Source: Clostridia bacterium
Lineage (GTDB): Bacteria > Bacillota > Clostridia > Oscillospirales > CAG-272
Assembly (NCBI GenBank): GCA_017467165.1
Contig: JAFTST010000004.1
Location: 595 to 64,594 of the forward strand
DNA length: 64,000 nt
Reading direction: 5' to 3'
The notes under the pieces were generated by a model. That model was given only the letters and a program-made list of their open reading frames with translations, was not told the origin of the DNA and did no database searches. Shown in pieces: positions 1 through 9,570 of the stretch (its first letter is position 1; every line of letters starts with the position of its first letter). The translations under genes were made by a program, and so were the position numbers.

Positions 1-2057
1 CTCGCTCTGCGAGCGGAGGAAACGGAACCTTCCTTTTCGGTCCTGCGACCGACCGCGCAATACTCAATTATGCTGAGGAATCGGGATATATCATCTCTGA
101 GTATATGGAGAGAAATATTCCTATAAATATACACGTTGTTATCTTTGATAACAAAATTCTTCTGTCCCCCGGCTCGATACAGATAATGAAGGAGGACGAT
201 AACCGCCTTCTGTACCGTGGTGCAGACTATCTCACCTATCGAACAATTCCTCTTGAGCTCAGAAGAAAATTTGAGTCTGACGTCAGGGTCGCCGCCGCGG
301 AATTTCAAGCTATGGGCTATCGCGGAGTGTGCGGCTTCGACGCAATTATATGCGACGGGCGTGTCACCCTGCTTGAAATCAACAACAGATTCCAGGCGTC
401 ATCCGGACTTCTCAACACTGCCTGCGAGCTGGCGGGAATTCCCTCGCTCCAGCGGATAAATCTTGGAGCCTTCAATATAGACCCCGACACGCTCGAGCCC
501 GTTGAGTGCGGATGGCGCGAGGAGTACGCGGCACTCGAGGATATAGAGGTTAATTTCAGCAACTACTTCTATACCGACAACGGAACGCTCTTTCACAGCA
601 GGTATCTGTACGACCGCTTTCTCGAGTGTGCCACTGGCGATAAGAGAATAGGCGGAGTGTTTGAGCTTGAGGACGACGGCTTTGACAGAAAGCAGGGAAC
701 GAGCCATCTGGCTTATCTCTACCGCGTGGTGTTCGATACCAATATCACCTCGCTTGACTCCGAGTATCACCTGCTTATTAATGAAAACGTCTGCGAGCCG
801 CACAAGCTCAGGTGGGCGGATAAAATCAGCGTCAATCTCAATAAGAAAATGGAGAGAATGACCAAGGCTGAGTTGCGCGACTATCTTCTCAGGCTGAAGA
901 TTGCTCTTTTGGTTCAGGGCGTGGTTATCACACCCGAGGCGCTCGCTCATATCAATGAAAGAAACGGGCTGAGAGTTGCCACCAACAACGCTATCGATAT
1001 AAGGATAGAGATACCGAAGCTTTCCGACTCTCAGGACCGTCTGGCTAAGGAAAAATATATTATTATCAACGCGCCCACCGACGTTGAATTCGTCGGGCTA
1101 TCGCCCTTTTCCATCTGTCTTGAGGACGGAAAGTATCACCTCAGATACTACGGCGACGAGATAGTTGGAATATCCATATATCCGAGAGATAATCTCCAGG
1201 ACAAAAGAACGGAGAAGGACGGAATATCCTACTCCGAGGTCGCCTTTCTATCCACCGACAGACTGCGCGTGCACGTCACCAACTCCTGTATTTTCAAGGG
1301 GAAGGATAAGGACGGGGGAGAGCTAGGCTGTAAGTTCTGCAATATATGCCCGTCGCACGACGTTATCGACCTGGACAACGTGCGCGAGGTGGTCTCTGAG
1401 TATTGGGAAAACCGACGCAACCTCGGTCTTGATGCGGATGACGGGGCGAATAACGCCTCGGGCAGAGAGCTTGGTCTGACGCACTTTCTCGTCGGAGGAC
1501 AGACTGCGCCTGACAGCTCGAACGGAAACGTCGTCGAGGTTATCAGAATTATCAGAAGCATTGCAAGATACGCGCCGATATACGCTATGGTAGTGCCCTA
1601 TGCGGAGCATACGCTCAGGGCTATGTACGACGCGGGACTCAATCAGCTTGCCTGCAACATAGAGGTGTTCGACGATGCGCTGGCAAGACAATATATGCCC
1701 GGCAAGAGAGGGAAGTATCCCGCCGAGGTATACTTTGAGAGGCTTTCCTACGCGACGCGTATGCTTGGCAGAAGCGGAAACGTGCGCAGTATGGTTATAG
1801 TAGGTCTTGAGCCGCACGCTACGCTCATGGAGGGCATAGAAAGGCTGGCAACTCTGGGTATACAGCCGATTCTGTCGATTTTCAGACCTCTTCCCAACAC
1901 GGAAATGTCGGATTTGGAGGCGCCCTCGATGCTCTATCTTGAAAGAGTGTATAATGAGGCACAACAGATATGCAGAAAGCACGGACTCTTTCTCGGTCCG
2001 GAGTGCGTGAATTGTCAGAACAACACTCTGGCGCTTCCGTTCTGGCTTGAGAAATAA
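1..2057 (+). CDS. ATP-grasp domain fused to a radical-SAM-like C-terminal domain (5' end lies outside the window)
   Basis: The frame is open with no stop from nt 3 to the listed ATG at 105, so the gene starts upstream. ATP-grasp C-terminal signature GYRGVCGFDAIICDGRVTLLEINNRFQASS. The C-terminal ~270 aa carry VTNSC-x14-C-KF-C (CX14CX2C spacing, as in QueE-type radical SAM enzymes) and HFLVGGQ (GGE-like). Confidence 0.6.
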   Translation, partial: RSASGGNGTFLFGPATDRAILNYAEESGYIISEYMERNIPINIHVVIFDNKILLSPGSIQIMKEDDNRLLYRGADYLTYRTIPLELRRKFESDVRVAAAEFQAMGYRGVCGFDAIICDGRVTLLEINNRFQASSGLLNTACELAGIPSLQRINLGAFNIDPDTLEPVECGWREEYAALEDIEVNFSNYFYTDNGTLFHSRYLYDRFLECATGDKRIGGVFELEDDGFDRKQGTSHLAYLYRVVFDTNITSLDSEYHLLINENVCEPHKLRWADKISVNLNKKMERMTKAELRDYLLRLKIALLVQGVVITPEALAHINERNGLRVATNNAIDIRIEIPKLSDSQDRLAKEKYIIINAPTDVEFVGLSPFSICLEDGKYHLRYYGDEIVGISIYPRDNLQDKRTEKDGISYSEVAFLSTDRLRVHVTNSCIFKGKDKDGGELGCKFCNICPSHDVIDLDNVREVVSEYWENRRNLGLDADDGANNASGRELGLTHFLVGGQTAPDSSNGNVVEVIRIIRSIARYAPIYAMVVPYAEHTLRAMYDAGLNQLACNIEVFDDALARQYMPGKRGKYPAEVYFERLSYATRMLGRSGNVRSMVIVGLEPHATLMEGIERLATLGIQPILSIFRPLPNTEMSDLEAPSMLYLERVYNEAQQICRKHGLFLGPECVNCQNNTLALPFWLEK

Positions 2058-2078
2058 ATCCGCGGAAGGAGATAACTT

Positions 2079-5000
2079 ATGAGTGAACAGGAAAAAAACG
2101 GCTCGGTAGCCCTTTTTGGCGGCGTTGGCGCGGCTGAGGAGTCGGTTGCTTCCGAGAGCACGGCTCAGGCAGAGTCGCAGGCCGGCCCAAGAAGCGCCGC
2201 CCGCGAGTCGAAAAGAATAAGAAAAAAGGCGGGGCTGACCCATCCGGGCGCTGAGGTCGAGGGAAGAAAAAGGACCGGAAAAAAAGCGAAAAGGGACGCA
2301 GAGCGGGAAGAGGCACAGAAAAGTCGATTCTTTCGCGCCAGAGAATACAAGAATATAAGAAAAGCGCTGGTTATGGCGGCTGTTCTGGTGGTCGTGTGCG
2401 TTGCGGCAACCTTTTTGGTGCTGGCATTCGACCCTGACTTTGAGGTCGCGACGAGTATAGTCAGAGATATAAATATAATGCTCATCTCGACTAACGCCAC
2501 GTCCATAGGACTGTACGTCACCGCCTTCATATTCCTCAACGATTCTCTGAAAACGAGAGCCAACGAGGACGTTACTCTGCGCGAGGCGGTGGACAATATT
2601 CTTCAGCGATACAGAAAGAATATGCTGTTCATAGCATTTTCCATCATAGTAACGGTCGCTCTTGAGGTAATCAGTAACTTCACCCTCGGCGTAGGTGATG
2701 CTACGGGGCAGGTAGGCTTTGAGGACACTATGGTTCCTCTTCTCAGCTTCCGCTGGTTCTTCTTCGTGTTCATTTCCGCGTGCGCCATATTCTTAACCTT
2801 CTGGACAATAATGTGCAGTAAGGACATTACTCACAGCGACGGTCTTATCGCCGCAGAGGCGCAGCTGAATATGATTGAGCACAGGGAAAGACTCATTGAG
2901 CTGTACAACAGAGTCCTGAGCGACGCAGATGCCTACAACACCCTCACAGCCGAGGAGCGTCTTGCCGAGGGCGTTGAGGGAAGGGAGCTTCTTGACAACC
3001 TTGCCGACAGAAAATACAGCTTCGGTCAGGCTTGCTGTATCAGCGGCGTCGCCGAGAATAAATCGGGCGGCGAGGGACAGGATATCGTTATCAAGCTTGG
3101 CGACAGGGAATTCAGCTTCCGCGAGGCGTGCTGTAGCAGCAGTGTGACCAAGAGCGAGGACGAGGACGGTCAGAGCGAGCAGGATATTATTATCCAGCTT
3201 GGCAAGGAGGTAAGGTTTATCGAAACCATCATCTCCCGTATCTGTGAGAATAACATAGACAAGTCTATAATGAATAACGACTTCGTCTTCAGCAGCATGC
3301 GCTCGGGCTTCAAGTATCTATACGCCAGAAAGGACGGAAGCAACCAGGTAGATATCAGAGAGGAAAACCGCTTCCTCGACCATATCAAGTATCAGCTTCT
3401 CTCCACCTGCCGCAACGACGAGTCCCCCTACGACAACGATAAGGTCGAGGAGGTCTTTGAGAAGGCGAGGCTCGCGTACAAGTTCACCGTCTCAGACGAG
3501 TGCGATTATTCTGCGAGCATCGAGGAGATTAACAGCATTGACAATAAGCAGCACGGCTACATAAGGGACTACAAGGACAACACGGCTGCTATAATAGACG
3601 AATTCTTCGAGGGCTACGAGCAGCTTGTCGGCTACCGTGACGCGCTTATACACTACTCCGAGTATAACGGCCGCGACGAGCGCTCGAGAAGATGGAAAAT
3701 CAGGAAAAAGACCTCGACTGATAAGAAATACAAGAAAATGATAGCGCCGATAAGGTGGCTGTACGGAGGCTGGAACAAGCTCACCGCCTCTGAAGCCAAG
3801 AAAAAGAGCGCGGAAAAGAGAGATATAGAGGTCAGACGGCAGGCGAAGGAGAGGAGCGACAACCGCCGTATCCTCGGATACGCCAAGGTTATGAAAAGAG
3901 TCCTCCTTGACAGATTCACCTCCTTCGTCAAGATTAACGATATCAGCCTTGGTAACTCTGTATTTGATAAGGGCTGGCTCAACTATTCGGAGCTTTCCGA
4001 CTCGAACTTCACTCACTCCTCCTTCCGCTTCTCGAGGATTGAGAACGCGGTGCTTCGCCGCTGTGACCTTTCGACCGGCAACTTCATTCAGGCTGACGCG
4101 AGCAACAGTGACTTCACCGGCTCGAACTTCAACTACTCGGATATGACGGGTATCGACCTCACCAACAGCATCATCGACGGCTGTCAGATGAACGTTATCA
4201 GGCTTCGTGATATACGCATCGACGATTATCCCGGTATGAATATGCTCTACAATCTTGTCAAGGGCAACAACTACTACAAGTACGCATCGCAGAGATACAA
4301 GGACAACCCCGAGAAGAAGAACGCATGTATGGGCAAGTTCTACAGCTTTGACAGCGAGTTCCTTCTTCACAGAGAGTGGATAGATAAGCAGCGCACGATA
4401 GCTATGAACGACGACGGCGAGTACGGAGAGCGTATGAACGCCCTGAGAAGATGCTTCGCCCTTGATGAATTTATCAAGAACTTCAAGCTTTATTCCTCTC
4501 AGCCCGAGGAGAATAACAAGCAGGAATCCGCGGCTATTCTCGTCCTTGCCGTTGATAACGAGCTTAAGGACAACCAGAGCTCCAGCCTCTGCCGCGAGTT
4601 CCACGAGTCGCTCAAGTTCAAGGATAACGCTCCGGGTATATTCATGGGCGACGGATGTAGCCTTATCGACAGGTCTTATCTCATTCTCGTTGACGCGATG
4701 GATGAATTTATAAGCTACCACAAGTATTCCAAGATTGGAAAGCACACCTTCGACTTCCTCCCCGAGCTTCGTACAATGGAGGCTCAGATGTGGCGAGTTA
4801 TCAAGAAGAAGGGCACCCGTGTCAAGAAAATCGACGACAAGAAGATGAAAAAACTCTTTGAGTACGCGGGAAAGAAGCTCGTAGCGTACGGCAAGGCGCC
4901 CTCGACTGATATATTTGAGCTGGGCGAAGAGTGGCAGGCTATGAGCGAGGTCAAGAAGAGCTTTAAGGAAATCCGCGAGAGAACCGTAGGCAGAGTATGC

Positions 5001-6095
5001 TTTAACGTTGCTAAGCTCAGATTCGTATCTGCGGAAAAGGTGTCGATAAAGGATACCGACTTCTCGCACGTCGATATGGTGGCGTCTGCATTCCGTCAGT
5101 CGGATATGTCCGAGTCGGTATTCTACTACACCGACGCAGACGAGGCAATGTTCCAGCGCTCCAACCTTAACGCTATCGACGCATATCGCGCGAGCTTCGA
5201 GGGTGCTAACTTTGGCGAGGCGAGCCTTGTCAGCGCAGTGCTTATCGATTGCAACCTCGAGAACGCTAATCTTAACGGCGCGGTGCTTATGAACGCGAAG
5301 ATTATCTACTCGGGTGACAGCGACGAAAAGCCCTATCTTTCAAGACTGCTTGAAAAGGGAACCGTCTCGGGCGCGTCCTGCTTTGACGAGGTCGACCACC
5401 TGAGAGAGCCCCGTGTCAACGGATTTGATTACAGCGATATAGATAAGGACGTTATCACCGCCTACAACGCTAAGGATATTGATTTGACAGGAGCATTGGC
5501 GACGGGACTCAGCGTCATCAACGTCAATATGGCGAGAGGCAGATTCGTCAGAGCGGATATGAAAAACTCCTTCCTCTTTAACAACTTTATGCACTGGAGC
5601 CATTTCAACGACGCCAACCTCTCCAGCTCCGTGCTCATAGCCAACAGCTTCAATCAGTCGAGCTTCAAGGGCGCACAGATAGCGAGAGCCACGGTAGTAG
5701 CCTGCGAGTTCAGCAACACTAATATGAGCGACTCGAAGCTTATCTGCGCGAGCCTCAATAAGTGCTCCTTTGAGAACGCTAACCTCAGCGGCTGTAACCT
5801 CTCGGGCGCTATCATAGCGAACACCTCCTTCACCAGATGCAGCTTCTCAAAGGCTAATCTTGCCAACGTGGAGTTTGAAAACGTGTTCTTCGAGGAGGTT
5901 GACTTCTCCGACTGTATTGGTCTATCCGAGGCGAAGTTCAAGAACTGTATGATTCGTATGGAGGGAGAAAGACTTCCTTGCTCCGAGCCTGATATGTTTA
6001 TCAACGTGTCGGCTGAAAAATGCGACGTCAAGCTGATACAGAGCGGCGACTGCAGATATTCCAGCGAGTCTGTTCTGAGCGGGACGGATTATTAA
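2079..6095 (+). CDS. giant membrane-anchored pentapeptide-repeat protein (1338 aa)
   Basis: AAGGAG lies 7 nt before the ATG, 21 nt after the previous stop. K/R/E-rich N-terminus and about four hydrophobic helices (aa ~100-250). Two long blocks of pentapeptide repeats follow, e.g. LSDSNFTHSSFRFSRIENAVLRRCDLSTGNFIQADASNSDFTGSNFNYSDMTGIDLTNS and CSFENANLSGCNLSGAIIANTSFTRCSFSKANLANVEFENVFFEEVDFSDC. Confidence 0.8.
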   Translation: MSEQEKNGSVALFGGVGAAEESVASESTAQAESQAGPRSAARESKRIRKKAGLTHPGAEVEGRKRTGKKAKRDAEREEAQKSRFFRAREYKNIRKALVMAAVLVVVCVAATFLVLAFDPDFEVATSIVRDINIMLISTNATSIGLYVTAFIFLNDSLKTRANEDVTLREAVDNILQRYRKNMLFIAFSIIVTVALEVISNFTLGVGDATGQVGFEDTMVPLLSFRWFFFVFISACAIFLTFWTIMCSKDITHSDGLIAAEAQLNMIEHRERLIELYNRVLSDADAYNTLTAEERLAEGVEGRELLDNLADRKYSFGQACCISGVAENKSGGEGQDIVIKLGDREFSFREACCSSSVTKSEDEDGQSEQDIIIQLGKEVRFIETIISRICENNIDKSIMNNDFVFSSMRSGFKYLYARKDGSNQVDIREENRFLDHIKYQLLSTCRNDESPYDNDKVEEVFEKARLAYKFTVSDECDYSASIEEINSIDNKQHGYIRDYKDNTAAIIDEFFEGYEQLVGYRDALIHYSEYNGRDERSRRWKIRKKTSTDKKYKKMIAPIRWLYGGWNKLTASEAKKKSAEKRDIEVRRQAKERSDNRRILGYAKVMKRVLLDRFTSFVKINDISLGNSVFDKGWLNYSELSDSNFTHSSFRFSRIENAVLRRCDLSTGNFIQADASNSDFTGSNFNYSDMTGIDLTNSIIDGCQMNVIRLRDIRIDDYPGMNMLYNLVKGNNYYKYASQRYKDNPEKKNACMGKFYSFDSEFLLHREWIDKQRTIAMNDDGEYGERMNALRRCFALDEFIKNFKLYSSQPEENNKQESAAILVLAVDNELKDNQSSSLCREFHESLKFKDNAPGIFMGDGCSLIDRSYLILVDAMDEFISYHKYSKIGKHTFDFLPELRTMEAQMWRVIKKKGTRVKKIDDKKMKKLFEYAGKKLVAYGKAPSTDIFELGEEWQAMSEVKKSFKEIRERTVGRVCFNVAKLRFVSAEKVSIKDTDFSHVDMVASAFRQSDMSESVFYYTDADEAMFQRSNLNAIDAYRASFEGANFGEASLVSAVLIDCNLENANLNGAVLMNAKIIYSGDSDEKPYLSRLLEKGTVSGASCFDEVDHLREPRVNGFDYSDIDKDVITAYNAKDIDLTGALATGLSVINVNMARGRFVRADMKNSFLFNNFMHWSHFNDANLSSSVLIANSFNQSSFKGAQIARATVVACEFSNTNMSDSKLICASLNKCSFENANLSGCNLSGAIIANTSFTRCSFSKANLANVEFENVFFEEVDFSDCIGLSEAKFKNCMIRMEGERLPCSEPDMFINVSAEKCDVKLIQSGDCRYSSESVLSGTDY

Positions 6096-6107
6096 CACTT
6101 AGCTAAA

Positions 6108-6166
6108 ATAAAAAAGGGCTAGGCCACAGGCTGAAATTACAGCTTTTGACCTAGTCCGTTTTTTAT
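6108..6166. terminator. bidirectional rho-independent terminator between convergent genes
   Basis: GGGCTAGG (6116-6123) pairs with CCTAGTCC (6150-6157). An A-run lies upstream and TTTTTT downstream. It sits between the pentapeptide gene (+) and purC (-). Confidence 0.5.
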
Positions 6167-6171
6167 TTGTT

Positions 6172-6870
6172 TTATCTGTTGTTGATAAGCTTGGTGAGCT
6201 CGACGGGGTCTACGATAGTACCGTCGCGGTATACTCGCATATTGCCCGAGGCAATCTCGTCGATAAGAAGAACCTCACCGTTGTTATAGCCGAATTCGAA
6301 CTTGATATCCCACAGGTCAAGACCGATGGATTTGAGGTCGTCGGCGACGATTTTGGTGATTTTCAGCGTCTTCGCCTTCATTTCCTCGAACATCTCGCGC
6401 GACATAACGCCAAGAACCTCAAGGCCCTCCGAGGTAACGAGCGGGTCGCCCTTCGCGTCGTTCTTGAAGGTGCACTCAACGTAGCCCTGAGGAATGGGAG
6501 TGCCGTCCTTGATATACTCGCCGTATCTGCGGATAAAGCTACCCGTTGCTACAAGACGGCATATAACCTCGAGTCCGCCTCCGCCCTGCGCCTTACCGAA
6601 GCACTCTGCAGGAAGAACCTCCATTGTAGCTTCGTCAAGATTAGCGCTGACGTAGTGAGTCTTGACACCCGCCTTATGAAGAAGCTCGAAATAGTAGACA
6701 GAGGTTGCAAGATTTGCCCTGCCAATGCCCTCGATAGTAAGACCGACGCTGTTTTCGCCCGGGTCAAACTTTCCGTCCTTGCCGGTGCAGTCGTCCTTAA
6801 ACTTTAAGAGTACGTTGCCGTTTTCAAGAGAATAGACGTCCTTTGTTTTTCCTTCATAAAGCTTTACCAT
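6172..6870 (-). CDS. purC: phosphoribosylaminoimidazole-succinocarboxamide (SAICAR) synthase
   Basis: N-terminus [13 protein letters not shown], later LIDEI...GNMRV, 232 aa, typical PurC length and motifs. GAGGAG RBS 6 nt upstream. Confidence 0.9.
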   Translation of the reverse strand: MVKLYEGKTKDVYSLENGNVLLKFKDDCTGKDGKFDPGENSVGLTIEGIGRANLATSVYYFELLHKAGVKTHYVSANLDEATMEVLPAECFGKAQGGGGLEVICRLVATGSFIRRYGEYIKDGTPIPQGYVECTFKNDAKGDPLVTSEGLEVLGVMSREMFEEMKAKTLKITKIVADDLKSIGLDLWDIKFEFGYNNGEVLLIDEIASGNMRVYRDGTIVDPVELTKLINNR

Positions 6871-7110
6871 TGTGTGCTCCTCACGCTTTCTTCGGTATTA
6901 AATTTCGTTTTTATCCGACGAAAATATTTTATCATATATTTTTTTCTTTGTACACCCCTTTTTTGAAAAAAATAGGCTCATATTTTGGCGCTCCGCGGGC
7001 ACGAAAATTGGATAAAAGCCACAGAACACTCATCAAATCCCGCTTATCGCTTGATTTTCATCCGAAGGTATGCTACCATATAGAAGAGAATAATATCAAG
7101 AGAGGTATAT

Positions 7111-7875
7111 ATGCAGAATACAGTAGTTATAGATTACCTTACATTCGAGCTTTCCGCAGAGGAGAACAGCTATACCGTGGTTTACTGCGAGGAGGAGGCA
7201 GATAGGGTAGTTATTCCGAAGGAAATAAACGGACTTCCCGTTATGGGAATAGGCGAGGGAGCATTCCGCGGCTGCCTTGGGCTTACCGAGGTGGTTTTCC
7301 CCGAGATAGATATAGTCGACGCGCTTGTCAGTGGACTCAGCTTTGAGATTGACGACAGCGCCTTCCGCAGATGTATTTCTCTCACCGAGGTGACAATTCC
7401 CGACGGCGTGACGAGAATAGGCTGGGCGGCATTTGCCGAGTGCTTTAACCTTCGCTCGATAACAATACCTGCCGGCACCTTCGTCTCGAGCTACGTCTTT
7501 ACAAACTGCGGCAAGCTTGAGGTGGTCAGCGACCTTTCTGTGATTAGCGAGGGTGTCTTCAGCGATTGCACCGCCTTGAAGCATCTGCCTCTGGGCGCGG
7601 ATGTCACCGAGATATCCGAGTCTGCGTTTGAATATTGCACATCTCTTACCGACGTGGTTATACCCGCGAGAATAAATAGAATAGAGGCTCTCGCCTTCGA
7701 GGGCTGCTACTCGCTTGAAAGCGTGCGCTTTGAGGAGCCTGAGGGCTGGTATCTTTCGTCAAGCTATCATCCTGATAAGGAGTTTCCCCTTGACCTGACA
7801 AATCCTGAGAAAAACGCGAAGGATCTCGGCAGTATGGACTTTGACGACGGCGTTATCGCGTGGTACAGGAAATAA
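7111..7875 (+). CDS. BspA-type leucine-rich-repeat (LRR_5) protein, no signal peptide
   Basis: Repeating ~23-aa units of the form IPxGVTxIGxxAFxxCxxLxxITIP (e.g. VTIPDGVTRIGWAAFAECFNLRSITIPAG). Confidence 0.75.
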   Translation: MQNTVVIDYLTFELSAEENSYTVVYCEEEADRVVIPKEINGLPVMGIGEGAFRGCLGLTEVVFPEIDIVDALVSGLSFEIDDSAFRRCISLTEVTIPDGVTRIGWAAFAECFNLRSITIPAGTFVSSYVFTNCGKLEVVSDLSVISEGVFSDCTALKHLPLGADVTEISESAFEYCTSLTDVVIPARINRIEALAFEGCYSLESVRFEEPEGWYLSSSYHPDKEFPLDLTNPEKNAKDLGSMDFDDGVIAWYRK

Positions 7876-8004
7876 GAAAAAGAAAAAGAGAGGACATTTC
7901 GTCCACCGATTTGTTCTCTCTTTTTTGTGCATTTGTTAGTGAAAGCTCTCCGATAGGGATATCACGCCATTGTTAACCCTGCGTTGCCGCTTATCATATT
8001 GATG

Positions 8005-8787
8005 CTAGAATCCCATTTCCCCGAGCTCACGGCACAGCTGTATATAAAAAGCGAAAATCCTCTCGCGCTGACTCTTTTTTGCCAGAAAATCAACGATTTG
8101 AAGATGTGATACCGAGATATCAAGGCAATCTCCGCGATAATTGCCGAATTCAGCCGACTTACCGGACACCATTCCATCGTTATCAACCTTCTCATAATGC
8201 TTATACAGAGTCATCGGAAGCCCCATAAGAAAGCAGTCCTTTCCGCGCTTTAAATTGGTGGAATAGCTCTGGCAGTACACCTTTTCGGAAAAGCAGAGCG
8301 CCTCCTCGCTTTCGTCAACGGCTCTGAGCTGCTCGCACGCCCTCATAGCATCGGGGAGCTCGTCACCGACAAGCTTATAGAAGGAATTTATGAAAAAGGC
8401 GAAGATACGCTTCATCCATAATGGTAAGGACCATATCCACGATGCGATTATTGAGCCTCTGTGAGGAGTACACAGCGTTGTCAGCGAGGCGATTTTATCC
8501 TCCATACCGAGATTTGTTATCATATATTTTGAATCAAGCCCGCCCTTTGAGTGCGCTATGATGTTAGCGCGCTCGGCGCCACTATCCTCAAGCGAGCGCA
8601 GTATGAAGTCCTTGAGCTGAGCGGCGTTTGTTTCTATCGCCCCGAAGGCATCAATGTCGGCAATATACACCGTATAGCCGTTTTCTTTTAGCACCTGTTC
8701 GATTTTTCCAAACGCTCTCATTACCCGCGATTCCTTTATTGCGAGTCCGTGGACCAGGATTATCGGGTATTTTGTCATATGTTTCAC
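8005..8787 (-). CDS. alpha/beta-hydrolase, lipase/esterase-like
   Basis: PIILVHGL oxyanion-region motif and AHSKGG nucleophile elbow (GxSxG type). 260 aa. Confidence 0.7.
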   Translation of the reverse strand: MKHMTKYPIILVHGLAIKESRVMRAFGKIEQVLKENGYTVYIADIDAFGAIETNAAQLKDFILRSLEDSGAERANIIAHSKGGLDSKYMITNLGMEDKIASLTTLCTPHRGSIIASWIWSLPLWMKRIFAFFINSFYKLVGDELPDAMRACEQLRAVDESEEALCFSEKVYCQSYSTNLKRGKDCFLMGLPMTLYKHYEKVDNDGMVSGKSAEFGNYRGDCLDISVSHLQIVDFLAKKSQRERIFAFYIQLCRELGEMGF

Positions 8788-8817
8788 CGCCTTTTGAGCT
8801 TTGCTAAGTATATTCTT

Positions 8818-8846
8818 ATTCTATGCTCGATTTGTCACGCTGTCAA
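8818..8846 (-). promoter_or_regulatory. sigma70-type promoter for the lipase gene
   Basis: On the minus strand TTGACA (8846-8841), a 17-nt spacer, then TAGAAT (8823-8818), about 30 nt upstream of the start codon. Confidence 0.55.
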
Positions 8847-8935
8847 GTCTTTTCTCATACAGACGCGGCATAGCGAGTGACTTGAAGGTAGAATAGAAAA
8901 TTAAGTACGAGCGAGTTAACTCAGGCACCACAGGC

Positions 8936-8962
8936 AATAAAAAAGCCACCCTTACGGGTGGC
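8936..8962 (-). terminator. rho-independent terminator of the 140-aa membrane-protein gene
   Basis: GCCACCC-TTAC-GGGTGGC hairpin (8945-8962). On the minus strand it is followed by TTTTTTATT. Confidence 0.65.
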
Positions 8963-9023
8963 TTGCCTGTGTATAAAGGTTACGAAAAAGATAATTTTTA
9001 CGGTTTGCAATAAGGTTTCGAAC

Positions 9024-9446
9024 TCAAACGTTTTTTGCAAAAGCCTTATTGATTAATATACCGTTGATTGCATATGCTGTCGCTATTATTGCAACAACGA
9101 AGAAGTATATTAGAGCCTCAAAAAACAATCTAAATATTATTGTATAAAACAAAATAGACCACATTGAAACTGATAGCGAAAGCATTATCACTGACAAAAT
9201 TAAATTGTTTACTTTTAGTTTGTGTATAGTTTTTGTTTTGCCGGTTGTTTTTAAACACTTATAGCAATTAAGGTAAATAATATCAATCCATACAAAAAAG
9301 ACAGTATTAAGCAACAAGGCAATTACAGGAGGTATTGCTTTATTGACAATTCCGGCAAGCACTGTAAATATCGACATCATTACAGTAACAATGAGAGAAA
9401 ATACAAGTAAAAGCATTGTTATAATACACAGCTTGTTCTTTTTCAT
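9024..9446 (-). CDS. small hydrophobic membrane protein (4 predicted TM), unknown function
   Basis: 140 aa and almost entirely hydrophobic helices. GGAG lies 8 nt upstream. The coding sequence is markedly AT-rich compared with its neighbours. Confidence 0.5.
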   Translation of the reverse strand: MKKNKLCIITMLLLVFSLIVTVMMSIFTVLAGIVNKAIPPVIALLLNTVFFVWIDIIYLNCYKCLKTTGKTKTIHKLKVNNLILSVIMLSLSVSMWSILFYTIIFRLFFEALIYFFVVAIIATAYAINGILINKAFAKNV

Positions 9447-9570
9447 ATGCTCTACTCCTTTGTTGTATTAATAGAAACGGTTCAGCCTTTCCGCGTTTAT
9501 TCTATCATAAATAAAAATGCTTGCTATGCAAGGATTTCTGCGTATATTATATCATAAAATCGTCAGTTTG

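Noticed and set aside
3492-5069. 525-aa ORF on the minus strand inside the pentapeptide-repeat gene. Similar long antisense ORFs lie at 42969-45278, 25116-26378, 28541-29800, 16060-17400, 14472-15287, 36111-36914, 37133-37933 and 38389-39276.
   Set aside because: Each lies antisense to a gene with clear family motifs. Each has low-complexity, Val/Leu/Arg/Gly-rich translations without recognisable motifs or RBS. They are the expected by-product of codon-biased, GC-rich third positions on the true coding strand.
6871-7110. Purine or ZTP riboswitch upstream of purC.
   Set aside because: The minus-strand leader shows only one small hairpin (TTTCGT...ACGAAA). It has none of the conserved purine-aptamer (UAUGG / CUACC junction) or ZTP (pfl) elements.
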